From the NCBI RefSeq assembly GCF_001194135.2, contig NC_068983.1, positions 66,131,881-66,195,548 on the forward strand: DNA of 63,668 nt, read 5' to 3'. Below the pieces are notes generated by a model. That model was not told the origin of the DNA and ran no database searches. It saw only the letters and a list, made by a program, of their open reading frames with translations. Shown one piece after another: positions 12,536-24,721 of this stretch. The position numbers and the translations under genes were made by a program. The stretch comes from Octopus bimaculoides. Taxonomy: Eukaryota. Every line of letters begins with the position of its first letter. Positions within the stretch are counted from its first letter, which is position 1.

Positions 12536-12896
12536 TTCTTTTATTCTTGTATTCTCTGACTTGTTTCAGTCATTTGACTACAGCCATGCTGGTGCATGAC
12601 CTTGAAGGGTTTTAGCCGAACAAATGAACTCCAGGTATTTTTTCAAGCAGTGGGGTGGGATCAAACACACACACACACATTCATACACGCACACATATAT
12701 ATATATACATATGTATGTATACATATGTATATATGTATTCTTTTATTCTTGTATTCTCTGACTTGTTTCAGTCATTTGACTACAGCCATGCTGGTGCATG
12801 ACCTTGAAGGGTTTTAGCCGAACAAATGAACTCCAGGTATTTTTTCAAGCAGTGGGGTGGGATCAAACACACACACACACATTCATACACGCACAC

Positions 12897-12914
<18 letters not shown>
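12536..12914. repeat. Tandem duplication with a 202-bp period containing a minus-strand SINE tail
   Basis: About 177 bp appear identical between the units starting at 12536 and 12738. The first unit abuts a gap. Confidence 0.9.
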
Positions 12915-12927
<13 letters not shown>

Positions 12928-12928
<1 letters not shown>

Positions 12929-13092
12929 TCAACAGGCTTCTTTCAGTTTCTGTCTACTAAATTCACTCACAAGGCTTTGGTCAGCCCAAGGTTATAGTAG
13001 AGAGCACTCGCCCAAGGTACCACACAGTGAGACTGAACCCAGAACCATGGGATTGGGAAGCAAGCTTCTTACCACACAGCCACGTTTGCACC
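12928..13092 (-). mobile_element. tRNA-derived SINE 5' half
   Basis: Reverse complement is colinear with 42552-42715 (tggctgtgtggtaagaagcttgct...ggttcagtc). Confidence 0.8.
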
Positions 13093-13790
13093 TGCAGATA
13101 TATGTTACTTGCTTGTATGCATAGTTATGTATAAAAATATACAAACATGAAATTGAACGACCACTCAATACCTTTCAGTTGAGCAGCACATTTAGTATAT
13201 TTTTATAATGAAAAGATTGACAGTTACTTTGAAGTTTCAATTTAATAGCCTTCATCAAGTAGTCAGATGAAGACTACCAAGCTGACACTTCAAAGTAACT
13301 GTCAATATTTTCCTTGTAAAAATAAAGTGCATGTATATCTATTTATGTATGTGCTTGTGAGAGTGTGCGTGAGTGTGTGTTACCCAATGAGAAAACATTT
13401 AAGTACTCCAGTCTTAGCAAGATATTTTTCACCTAAGTACTCAATAAGCATTCATATGAATTATATATTATTTGGAGTTGTGACATTAAGTTTATACTTT
13501 GAAGGAATGAATGAAAAGATTCAACTTCTGATACATATTAATGAAATATGTACAGGTGTGACATGCAACTAAAAGTTAGGCTCGGTAATGGAGTCCACAT
13601 TGCACTCAAGTATCCAGTATAGTACAATGCAAGGCATCAAACTCAGGATGAGCTAGTGTGGGCTTTCTTGATATGATGCTTTGTCTGTCCCCTGCCATTT
13701 CATGTTGCATGTGAGGTAGTTGATTATTTGCATAATGGAGAATCATGTTTATATTCGGAGATTTAACATCAACTGTTGTATTTATTGCAG

Positions 13791-13802
13791 ATCACTGAAG
13801 GG
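13791..13802 (+). CDS. Candidate 12-nt microexon ATCACTGAAGGG (ITEG in phase 0)
   Basis: Acceptor tgttgtatttattgcag, donor GG|GTGAGT, branch-like tttaac about 25 nt upstream, frame-preserving length, non-repetitive flanks. No host gene identified. Confidence 0.3.
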
Positions 13803-13912
13803 GTGAGTGCATGATTGCTTAATGTTTCTGCTACTGTTATTTTGACATTTTGCTGAAATGTCCCATTATGCATTGAATACATCTGCTTTCTGCTTATTAT
13901 ATAGGTGTGTGT

Positions 13913-13946
<34 letters not shown>

Positions 13947-13954
13947 GTATATAT

Positions 13955-14000
13955 ATCATCATTATCATCATCATCCTCATCATCATCATCATCATCATCC

Positions 14001-14038
<38 letters not shown>

Positions 14039-14092
14039 GTTTAACGTCCGCTACCATGGGTTGGACGATTTGACTGAGGACTGGTGAACCAG
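13955..14092 (-). mobile_element. (CAT)n array with a short RTE 3' terminus
   Basis: catcatcgtttaacgtccgctaccatgggttggacgatttgactgagg matches 2112-2180 with a small deletion. Confidence 0.75.
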
Positions 14093-14221
14093 ACATATAT
14101 ATAGAACACCTGAATAAATATATATAATAAATACATATACATATATATATGTATATGTATGTGTGTGTATGTATACGTATCCATATATATGTGTATGTGT
14201 ATATCTTGTATCATGATACAT

Positions 14222-14445
14222 AGTTTTCTTTTGAGTTTTATTAAACCCTTCTTAAGAGAGTTCAAGCCAGTTGCTAACGAAGTGAGAAGATGTTTTGACT
14301 TAAGAGGGTTTCCAGTGTTAGGTTAGTGTGCTGGTTGAGCTGTTGATGCACACAACCAAGTGAGTGCATCAACTCACCTATTGAATCTCAGATGGAGAAT
14401 CTTGGAATGTCTTACAAATCTTCATTATGCCACTAATAGTTTGTA
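14222..14445 (-). mobile_element. RLE-type LINE C-terminus and 3' UTR, same family as 8012 and 32750
   Basis: Reverse complement encodes QTISGIMKICKTFQ and aligns with 32830-33056 (cacttggttgtgt...cagctcaaccagcacac...actggaaac). Confidence 0.6.
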
Positions 14446-14482
14446 TTACAAGTATGTAAGCATGTATGTATGTTTGAATGTA

Positions 14483-14518
<36 letters not shown>

Positions 14519-15059
14519 TGTATGTAGGTAGGTAGGTAGGTAGGTAGGTAGGTAGGTAGGTAGGTATGTTGTGAGTGCGTATTATGTATTTTTGCCAAGT
14601 TGGAGTAGTAAATGAGATAAACATTGCCCAAAGAACAGTGCTCTTCAAATAAAGTTTGTGTTACAGAGACTCCTTTGTCTCTCTCTTATCAGAAATGCAA
14701 TGAACCAATGATCATTAAAAACTTGTATCCAATGATACTAATTGCTCATCAATCACAATAGGATCCTCTAATTGTTAGATCTACATGTTCTCTTTGGAAA
14801 ATTCAATCCCAGTATTGATTTAGGATAAGGATAGTAATACATTCTCAATCGTAATTATTCAATTCTTATTTTCTATGGTTGCTCCTCTAATTTTACAGTA
14901 ACAGGAGCCCCAATATTTATTTAGAGATGAGATATAAGTAATAGTATAATACCAACATTCACAAGTATTGCTCCAGTCTTAAAACATATTAAGTGAAGCA
15001 TAATAAAATATTTTACTCTATTTCACATTAAATCTTAATATCATATTTACAATAAGAGG

Positions 15060-15332
15060 ACCCATTGAGTTCAGTCATATGTTAACCAAAGCATGTAAGA
15101 GCATTACAGAATAACAAATCTTTATTATTGAATCGACTTCAGAAAGTATGGGTATGTTTATTATAATGACTTTTAACAATATTGGAAGAAAGCTTTTTAT
15201 ATATATTTTAGTTGAATGGTTTATTTGTACTTTACATTGATCTATGAAGTCTTTTCCCAAGCATTTATTATTTTCTAGTTTCAATAATTGCAACTGCTGG
15301 TAGTGGAACTTATGGTAGGTTTAGTTGGTTTG
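15060..15332 (-). mobile_element. Penelope-like element, GIY-YIG-region remnant continuing 16591-18060
   Basis: SCN..., NKCLGKDFIDQCKV, TKIYI and KHTHTF resemble the PLE CNC...GxCLxxxVIYQxxV...YIG...NHxxSF succession. Heavily degraded. Confidence 0.45.
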
Positions 15333-15334
15333 TA

Positions 15335-16588
15335 TCAGGTCATTAAAAATGAAATGTCCAGTTTTGTTATGCACCAAGTTTGACAGTCGTTAACTCTAAT
15401 GTTTTATCCTGGCAATTCTTTGGTTTACAACATTGAAGAGTTACATCATGACTTTTCAAAATGCAATTTATGGTGTCTGATTATATTGTGAGTTTTCTCT
15501 TGTAAATCAATTTTTGTGAACCCATGGATAGATCAAAAATTTGTGTTGCTCATGAATATGAGTTCTGTTGTGGAACCAATGCATCCCAGACAGCTTGAAA
15601 CATCAATGATGTGTTTGGTGAAGATGTGGCAAATGGGCACACTCTACATTGATGGTTTGAGAAGTTCTGGTCTGGTTACTCTTGAAAATCAGCCCTGCGG
15701 TAGACCTGAGACCAAGGTAGATAATGATGAGATGGAAACTGTAGAAGAAGGGGGTACATCTCAAACTATGCGTGATTTAACACCAAGATTTGATGTTTCA
15801 ATTCCAACAGTGCTGGACCATCTGAAACAAATTGGTTGGTTAAAGAAGCTGGACAAATGGATATAACATGAACTGAACGAGCAACATATGACATATCATC
15901 TTGAAACTTGCTGTTCTTTGCTGTCATGGCATAAAAGTGAACCATTTTTGCATCGTATTGTTATGTGTGATGAAAATGGATTCTTTTCAACAATAGCAAG
16001 TGTTCTGCACCGTGGTTAGATAGAGACGAAGTGTCAAAACAATCCAAAAAAGAATATTCACTAAAAAAAGCTAATGGTGTCTGTTTGGTGGTCCAGCACT
16101 GGTGTCTTCCATTACAGCTTCATGAGACCTGGTAAGTCAATTACAGCGGATGTATACATCAACCAATTGGATGAAATGATGAGTGAACTAGCAATTAAAC
16201 AACTGAGGCTGGTCAAAAGAGACAGGCCAATTCTCTTGCAAGACAATGCTCAACTACATGTTGCACAAAGAATGCTACTCAAGTTACAGGAACTGAACTT
16301 GAAAGTACTCTGTCATCCACCATATTCACCAGACCTTGCACTAACTGGCTATCATATTTTCCAGGCATTTTGCAAGGAAAAAACTTCAAATCTGAAGAAG
16401 ATGCAAAGACAGCCTTTAGTGATTTCATCACTACTTGCTCTCCAGAATTCTTCACTGCTGGCATAAATAAGCTACCTATAAATTGGCAAAATGGTGTTGA
16501 TAATTTAGGTGCATACATTGCTTTTTGTTGAGATAAAGTAAAATAAACTTTCAATTCTAAATCTGAAATTTCATTCTTAAGGACCTGA
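15335..16588 (+). mobile_element. Full-length decayed mariner, family B (Hsmar1/Mos1-like)
   Basis: TA-flanked TIRs TCAGGTCATTAAAAATGAAAT and ATTTCATTCTTAAGGACCTGA. Transposase motifs EPFLHRIVMCDE, MVSVWWS, LLQDNAQLH and HPPYSPDLALTGYH, with stops and frameshifts. Confidence 0.92.
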
Positions 16589-16590
16589 TA

Positions 16591-18060
16591 TTTGAGAGTG
16601 TTAATATCTATGTGAAGTTTGATGTTGTAGAATATAATATTTTAATTATGTTTCTATAATAAAATTGTAAGACTTATGCTGTTGAAAATGTTTTGTAAGG
16701 CTAAATATAATGTGTACTATTGGTTTAGAGTTATGACTAAGTTTTATGGAGGATTGTATATTATAAGCCTATTTTTTGGGCTTTCTTGTTCCTTTATTTT
16801 TAGTGCGAAGGTATCTTCATAGTATTTTGGGGGCACCATTAAATTACCTTCTCATTGCCGAGAGAATAGTAAGTTCTATTGTTTAAAATTAGATTATTGA
16901 TCTTGTTGGGATGATTAAATTATTTGTCATATAATCTAGTGTTTTATTTTGTCTATGAAAGAGGTAATACAGGGAAATATTTAGGTTTAATGTTCTAATG
17001 TTACATCAAGACAATCTTAGATAGCAAGTTTAATATTGAAAGTCGTTAAAAGATCTTATATTTTGAAGAAAAAAAGGGAAAATGAAAGCTTTTAGTTTTG
17101 TTTTTTGCAGATTATTTTTTGAAGTGAAAGACACTGTTATCTTGATACACACCACAGTTCCTACAATTATAATTATCTTTCATATTTTATGATAGATAAA
17201 GCTACTTGGTCAACTGACTTCTACAGAGTCACATGTAACCATACTGACATCAAAAGGTGTGATTTTTAGTCTTTTGGATGATAAATGTTAGTTACAGCTC
17301 AAACCTGTCTTCTACACATGTAATATAGTTTCCATATATTGAGCAGATTGTGTTTATTGATCTTGTGTAATATTGGGTGTTAATTGTGTGTAATTTTAAA
17401 CATTAATTAATAAAAGTATAGTAGTAGATGGAAAATTCTCTTGACATCTGTTTATAAAAATTTGCATTCTATTTTGGATGGAAACAAACTAGGTAAAAGT
17501 TTCTGATGTGTTTTGTTTAAGTAATAGTCTTGCTTTATGTTTTAATTTGAAGATAATTCTATTTAAAATGTTTTTACCTAAAACACTTATATCAGTTATT
17601 GTTGTGTTAATTAATTGTATGCATGGTTTATTTTTGAAATTGATTTGAGGTCCTTGAAAGTGATATATGGTTATTTTAGAATTGAAGGTTCTGTTCATTC
17701 TTCTATTCAATGTTTGATGAAATCTTTTGATCTATAGTATTAATTTCTTTTATTATATTGTTGTTTCTCTTCTTATCAGTTTTTGTTATGTTATTAGATA
17801 CATGCTTATGTGAAGCATTTTAATCTATTTGATTGAGGTACTTTTGTTCTATCTGACTGAATACAGATACATTTAAAAGATTTTTGATCTCTTGAATTTT
17901 TAATATAATTTTCTTTTTCTTATATTAATTAGTCTTTTGGAGAATGCTTTTAAGTAAATTTCCTTAGTTAATATTTGTATGTTTTTGTTAATATATTTGT
18001 TGCTCCAACATACTGGGGTAATTGGTTATAAGTGGTTTTAACTTTAAATGAACTTTGGTA
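16591..18060 (-). mobile_element. Penelope-like (Naiad-like) reverse-transcriptase remnant
   Basis: Ordered degenerate motifs: SFKCICIQSDRTK; ITIYHFQGPQINFKNKPCIQLINTTITDISVLGKNILNRI; QNTSETFT*FVSIQN..FINRCQENFPS; CLDVTL; FNHP; IIYNPP; LTKHF. These parallel PLE ADKT, KDHKxNFxNxPxCRLINP, FYPSI, FLDVTL, SNHP and WYNPP. Confidence 0.6.
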
Positions 18061-18347
18061 TTTATATTGCATAGTTTTTGTTTTGCTTTTTTCTTTTGCA
18101 ACAAAAAACAACTTGAAGTCTGGAATAGAGAACTCATCACTTAGGTGAAGAGTATTTGAAGAGTATTAAGACATGCTGCCTCATGTCTGTGTAAACATTG
18201 CTGTGTGGTTAAGAAATTTGTCTCCCATGTGTGCAATAGAACCACAGGGTTCTGTCACACACGCATATATATCTTTCATCTTTTACTTGTTTCAATCGTC
18301 ATACCATAGGGCCATGCTGAGACACCCCTTTGAAGGGTTTTAGTCAA

Positions 18348-18390
18348 ACAAATTGACCCCTGGAGCTTTAAGCTCCAGGGGTCAATTTGT
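18348..18390. repeat. Perfect palindrome with 21-bp arms and a 1-nt spacer
   Basis: ACAAATTGACCCCTGGAGCTT-T-AAGCTCCAGGGGTCAATTTGT, at the truncated end of a minus-strand SINE tail (about 18270-18368). Confidence 0.95.
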
Positions 18391-18409
18391 ATGTATGTAT
18401 GTATGATTG

Positions 18410-18612
18410 TATGTCTGTGTATGTGTTTGTCCCCACCACACCTTGACAACCAATGATGAATTGTTTACTCCCCTGCAACTTAATGGTTCAGCAAAAGTGA
18501 CCAATGGAATTGAGCACCATACTTAAAAATAAGTACTAGGGTCGATTTGGTCAGCTAAACCCTTCAAAGCAGTGCATCATGGTCACAGTCTAATGACTGA
18601 AACAAGTAAAAA
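18410..18612 (+). mobile_element. SINE 3' half
   Basis: gtgtttgtcccc...cttgacaacc...aataagtactagggtcgatttg...aatgactgaaacaagtaaaa is colinear with 42770-42960. Confidence 0.8.
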
Positions 18613-19999
18613 ATATGTTGTTGGTGTGGAATATACTATTAAATGCATGTTGTATAAGATATTCTTCTGTTCTACTTCACAGTAATTTCATTATTTTCAA
18701 ATGAAAATTGTATCTTCCACAGCAAAACATATTTGTAAGGAATTATAAACAGAATTACCAATTAGCTTTAAACATGTGTAGCTGATATTTTGTGCTAATG
18801 TAACCTAACATTAAAGAATGAATTATGTAGAATCAATAGAAAATTATTCATTTTCAGTTTTTTGTACAGAATTCTAAAATCATTTATCATTGGATTTGGT
18901 GTTAGGCAACGTGATAGGAACTGGAACAAACAAATAAAAAAGTAAAATAGCTAAATATTTCCTTGAGTAATTTTGGTAAACCTCTTTCTGGAGTAATTAT
19001 CATTATTATTTTCTTTGTGTGTGAGTAGTATTAGTTACTTTTAGTTAGTTATTAATACATTTCTTATCTTTCAGAACACATCTGCATATCAATGCTGTTT
19101 CTCTTAAGATAACAAAATTATAAAAGGTGGGGATGAACGTAAAACGTATTAAATAGAAAAGCAAAGTGAAATAATATAAAATTTTTCTGTGTTTAGTCAT
19201 TTGATCAAGTCTCTGTTTTTTTAATCTTAGATTATAATTTTGCAACTTGTGGAAAAATATAAGAAAAATTTAAAATTTCTAAAACTATACAAATAAACCA
19301 GCAATTGAGTTAACTATGTTTTAACTAGAGTTATAGTAATATTGTTTACTTCTGAGATGAATTTTGTAAGGCTAAATATTGAATAGTTGATTAAAGCAAA
19401 TCTAATTTTTAATTGATATTTATTTTATTGTCTCATGAAAAATGAGGATCTGAAGAATTTGAAAAGCTTTGTTCTAGTATGTATTTAAAGAGCACCGCAC
19501 AATGTATATTTTGCTTTTTCCTTTTCATCAAGATATAGCAATAGTTAAATATATCTATATTCAACCCCAGGACAGTGTGATACCAATGTAGTTTCACTGA
19601 AGCACCAAGTTCAACTAACTGACCTTGGTTTACATGCACTAGTAGTACCTTAATCTTAACATTGTTGTTGAAATTGTACCAATAAGTGTGTGATTGGTGG
19701 AGAAAAAGGGGCTACACATGAATGAAGGAAAAGATTAATAGTCATAACTCTCATGCAAAAGTATTTAATCCTATTTGAAGGCCAGTTTAGTAACAGCCAA
19801 CTGTGTCATTTAGGTTGCCAGTTGATATAGTTACAGCATGCTGGGTTAATTTTGGACAAGATTACCAGTTAACACACTGAATTTTGCTAGCACATAGGCA
19901 CAAGGCCACAAATTTGAGAGGAAGTGCAATGTTGATTACAGCAACTCATTACATTTTTTACTTAGTTCATTCTGGAGGTAAGTGCTGGTCCAAATCCTT

Positions 20000-20470
20000 T
20001 TTAAGCCCTCTCGACTCAGTAAAATTGGTGCTGTTAGCATTCAGGTTTAACATTGTTTATCACACCTGCTTCTTCAAGTACATTCATAGTTTTGAAAGAA
20101 ATAAAATTTTTTGGCACTGAAGAAGAAAGACAGTCTTCGAGATGCACTTTTCCCTTTGTCAAAAATGTACATTCACCAGTTGAAATCTTCAGTGATGGTG
20201 AGCTCTAGTATTTGAAATAATCACAAATGCTCTTGTTGCAAACTGTTCATTTTAAGGTGAAGATGCAATAATACTTTCTCTATAGCATTGTGTCCTTTTT
20301 GCCCTTGAAGGCAACAAGATTATTATGATGTAATTAGCAAATATTTTAACACTTCATAAAAATCAACATAGACTTTAGTAGAAAATGATTTGGATTTAGA
20401 TGGATGCTTGGTGTGCAGAAGAGTGGTAGAATGAAAGAGGGCAGCAACAGAGCAGCAATTAGTCTTGTTG
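20000..20470 (-). mobile_element. Degraded CR1/L2-like LINE RT C-terminal fragment
   Basis: Motifs LVAFKGKKDT, ILELTITEDFNW and SASRRLSFFFSAKKF resemble LVxFNxxKT, ILGLTIxxDLxW and ASxxLGFLxRxxxxF. Confidence 0.55.
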
Positions 20471-20684
20471 GAGTTGAAAGCAAGTAAGTTATAGCCTATA
20501 CTTTCTGACTTACATGCTATTGACTAAAGTATGCTCCAAACCCTGGTGTATGCCAAAGCTAACATTGTGCTTCGCACAGAGCTTAATCAACACAAGTTGG
20601 TACAGTGCAATCTGATAGGAATTCACTAGTCCATAAACAGGCAAATTAACCCCAAGACTGACATTTTTAAGCCTAGTAGTTATT

Positions 20685-20982
20685 GTATTGGTCTCTTTTG
20701 CCAAACCACTAAGTTACGGGAATGAAAATACACCAACACCAGTTGTCAAGCAGTGATAGAGAGACAAACATAGACGTAAACACACAGACACATAGATATA
20801 TGTATATATATATATATATTTATACGATGGTCTTCTTTCAGTTTCTGTTTACCAAATCCACTTAAGATACTTTGGTCGGTGTAAGGCTTTAGTAGAAGAC
20901 ACCTACCCAAGGTACCATGCAGTGGGACTGAACCCAGAACCATGTGGTTAAGAAGCAAGCTTCTTACTACACAGCCACACCT
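20685..20982 (-). mobile_element. tRNA-derived SINE (head, internal microsatellite, part of 3' half)
   Basis: Reverse complement is colinear with 42552-42860. Confidence 0.85.
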
Positions 20983-21370
20983 GATTGCTAAAGATTCAGT
21001 TTTTTCATTTGCAGTATCAATGTGGGGTTGAATGTATAAACCAAGAAAACTTGTAAACATTGAATCACCAAGAATGATGGCTATGGTGGAACATGAAGTG
21101 AAACAGATGGCCATAATGAAGGAAGAGATATGGCCAATGAGCTTTTAGTGACCTTCATTAAGTATGAGTTGAACAGTCAATGACATATGCACTGCCCTCA
21201 CAGTTTGACAGTGTTTCTGAAAAAAGCACTAAATTCACAACAGTCTGGTTCACTCAGTAGTAAACATACTATATATATATAACTATAGTATACCATTGTA
21301 TCTTGTTTATCTGAAAATAAACAGATACCATATAGAATTACAGTGTACTGTTTTATCCAGTCAAACTCTA

Positions 21371-21501
21371 AACTAGAAAAGCACTCGGAGACCTCAGGCC
21401 TCTGCCAAGCAGCTCATTTCTACCCATATACACGCATGCTGAAAATCGTCCAATTTCCCAAACCAACGCCGGCAAAAACATAACCTCCTTGGTGTGGGTA
21501 A
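21371..21501 (+). mobile_element. Short non-autonomous element with sub-terminal inverted repeats (Helentron-associated/DINE-like)
   Basis: 5' cctctgccaagcagctcattt and 3' aaaacataacctccttggtgtgggtaa. Both ends are shared with 22461-23065. Confidence 0.5.
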
Positions 21502-22049
21502 AAAAAAAATAACACAGCCATATGATTTTGAGAAAAAAACCCTTTAAAAACAAGTATCATCTGAAGCAGTTATAATACATCAATGACAACAGCCATACTT
21601 ATCTAAACCATCGTCATCATCAACACTGTCTCTGCTTTCACCACAATCACCATCAAAGCTACATTCACTACAATTACTGTAAAAACTACGAACACCACAA
21701 TCAGTTTCTTTACACATTTGAAAATCCACTTTCCAATACTCATGGGACCGAGATTGTTGCAGATTTTTGATTTTTCTAATTTCGGAGTGCTTTATTAAAA
21801 AAAAAATTGCATCTACAAAACGGAACAGTTTGAGGATAGAAACCAGGTCTAAACACAACAGCTTATAGACATACTCTGTATGTAGTTCTATATAAATCTG
21901 TAATAATTTTTCTATACTTAAGACCATCAGAAATGTCTACCCAAATTGTCATACTTTGATTAAAAGATTACAACATAGATTAGATTACTTAGATAAGTTT
22001 CAGCTGAAGTTGACTCAGGTCATGTCTAATTTAATAGCACCACCTGGAA

Positions 22050-22460
22050 GAGATACACAGTCAGTTCTGTGGAACCGTAGCCCACTCAAGCAGAGGGTCA
22101 TTGTTTTCAGAGACATCTGGGTGTGGGTGGTTTATCTGGTATTTGTTGGTGGTAATCATCTAGGGATCGTTTGAATGCTGTGAAGTCACTTTCCTCCATT
22201 ATGTGTGTCTGGCACGATGTTGAAGAGAGCAGGGCCAATTGAGGTGAAATAGTTCTGTCATGGTGTTGTGATATGACATGAACATTTCTGTAGTGGACGG
22301 ATGGCACAGGGGCCAAGCCTTGGACGAATTTTAAAGATGGGCAATGTTGATGGAATATTTTCCACATCATACAGATGATACAGAGCTCACAGCAGCCATG
22401 GCAGGAGCAAAACCTGACCTTTTTGAGTCGATCCCAATAGTCAAGGCTTGTCATGTCATC
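22050..22460 (-). mobile_element. CR1-like LINE 3' ORF fragment
   Basis: LDYWDRLKKV...IICMMWKI...FTAFKRSLDDYHQQIPDKPPTP matches the LxYxERLxxL...IIYxWKI...FKxxLDxxLxxIPDxP pattern. Confidence 0.7.
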
Positions 22461-23065
22461 CTCCGCAGACCTCCACCAAGCAGCTCATTTTAAGATAGAT
22501 ACGCGAGTAAAATTACTATTAAATAAAAATAAATGCGCCCTTTTAAAGCCTAGCCAGGCTAATGGGCCTGGTTTCCTGATTTCAATGGCGGATGTGTTCT
22601 CCAGCTGGATGGGACGCCAGTCCATCGCAGTGTTACTCATTTTTGCCAGCTGAGTGGACTGGAGCAACGTGAAATGAAGTGTTTTGCTCAATAACACAAT
22701 GCGTCACCCAGTCCAGGAATCAAAACTACAATCTTACAATCACGATGCTGAGAGAAACAAAAATAAACTTTGGAAACAGCAATTCCACCAGAGGCGGAAA
22801 CGATGAACGTGTTTTCAAGGGAGATAATCAAAGAAAGTAACATTGTAATGTTTCATGTAAAGTAAATATAACAAATGAAAAATCCTTCAAGAATCCATGA
22901 AAATTCCCAGATCTCTACCAAAATTTCATTATCTGTTCCTTGTGTCATTACCAACTTTTTCTGCAAGTTTAATCAAATACCATTCACAACATTTTGAGTT
23001 ATTTTGCACACAGACGGACAAGCCAACGCCATTGAAAACATAACCTCCTTCTTTGGTGGAGGTAA
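22461..23065 (+). mobile_element. Longer Helentron-associated/DINE-like element carrying a nested SINE
   Basis: Exact 10-bp inverted repeat cctccaccaa (22470-22479) and ttggtggagg (23053-23062). 3' hairpin cctcc/ggagg (23044-23062). Confidence 0.55.
22535..22750 (-). mobile_element. tRNA-derived SINE of a second family
   Basis: Reverse complement has a tRNA-like head (ttttgattcctgg), gttgctccagtccactcagctg and gcgatggactggcgtcccatccag (V-domain-like). A related decayed copy lies at about 45440-45640. Confidence 0.7.
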
Positions 23066-24721
23066 CAAATGTTATATAGAACTACACAGTTCAATACTAC
23101 ATCTAGCCAATACAGCAGATATCATATGGAACTACAATTCAGCAGTATATCCAGATAATCTTACCATCTGCATGTGTATAAAGCTTATGTGTGAATGTGT
23201 GTACATGCATGTGTGTGTACGTGTACATATATGTCATCCCTCCCCGAGCAACCTTATTACCAAAGGTTTTCTAGCCATAACCACATTATTCAATGTTCCC
23301 TTCTTCATTGACAGCAGTAGGGTTTGCTCTTAGGGAGATTTGGCTACTATTACTAGCAAATTGAATGGTTACACAGGGGTTGACCGTTATTAGTTCATGT
23401 GTATATATGATTGTTTATATGTGTGAATTTTCTTATAAATGAATTTTTAAAACTATAGAATACAAGACAGCATTTAATACCATCTTTCTGTGTCCTGAGA
23501 TCAGATTTAGTCAGGTGACAGAGGCGAAAAACAAATTCCAGGATTGTTCAAATAAATATTAATGGGATACTGAAGTCAAATTAATAAACAGTACCTACCT
23601 CTCATCTGCTGTAAATGTGTGATTTTGTAGGAATGTTACAAATCATATGTGTTTATGTTTCTGTGTGTGTGTATATGTGTTTTATGTGGTATTTGAAGTA
23701 TTATGAGAATGCAATGCAATATTAACTGCAGCATAGAGTATGTTAGTTTTTTTTACATAATTAATCAAATTACTGTTGACATTAAATCATTGTTTATAAA
23801 TAATGTGTGTACAAGACATACTATTATTTTTGGTTGAGGAGAAAAACACTTCACTATTCATGAACTCCTTCAGTGCTATGCATCACAAGATGTACAATTT
23901 AAGATAGTTGTTGAAACAACATATTAATCATTTTCTAATGACATTAGATCATTAATTTATTCTGAACTCCTAATTATCTCACTATGTGTCTTTTATTATT
24001 TATTGTAATGAACTCAATTTCATTGCTAATTACATTTTATTAGGAGAAAGTTGTGACCATTTTTCTCTCTTTCTTTGACCCTCTTCTTCTCTCTTTCTGG
24101 CATCTTTTCTCCAACCACTTTTCTCCTGGATCAGTTCCTGGAATAGTTATATAAAAAATACAAATATTTTCCTTGAAGTACTTCCAAGACAACTTAAGAA
24201 TGAATAATCATCATTATTGTTTCTATAATTTGGTGGAATTGTTAAAGCATCACACAAAAATATCTTGCAGCTTTTTACATTTTAAGTTCAAATCCTCCTA
24301 AGATCAGTTAGCAACCACTTGTCATAAGCTGCTCATCATATGCCCCTAATTGAATTCAGGTCTTAATCAGAATTTCTTATGCATAAAAACTAATGGTATA
24401 TGAACTATATTGTATATGCCAGGTTTGCACCAACAAGGACTTAAACTGTTGAATGAAATGCATTGTTAGATTTATCAAGTGATGAACTGTTACATACATA
24501 GTTGCACTGATGAGAAAATGAACTATGATATAGACCACATGGTTCCTTTGATCTGTAGAAAAACTCTCTGGAGGTTGCTTATTAGGCTAACCATAATTAA
24601 AATTTAGCACATATTGCAAGATGAAAGGAGCAAGAAATATATATCAAGATGTTTCAGGGTGTATAGACTAGAATATAAACTATGCCATTGCACAGGATAT
24701 GACAGATAGAGAGATAAACGA

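Noticed and set aside
21580-21927. 115-aa minus-strand ORF with Cys/Asp-rich tail
   Set aside because: The tail derives from degenerate CAT/CAC repeats. No splice or family support.
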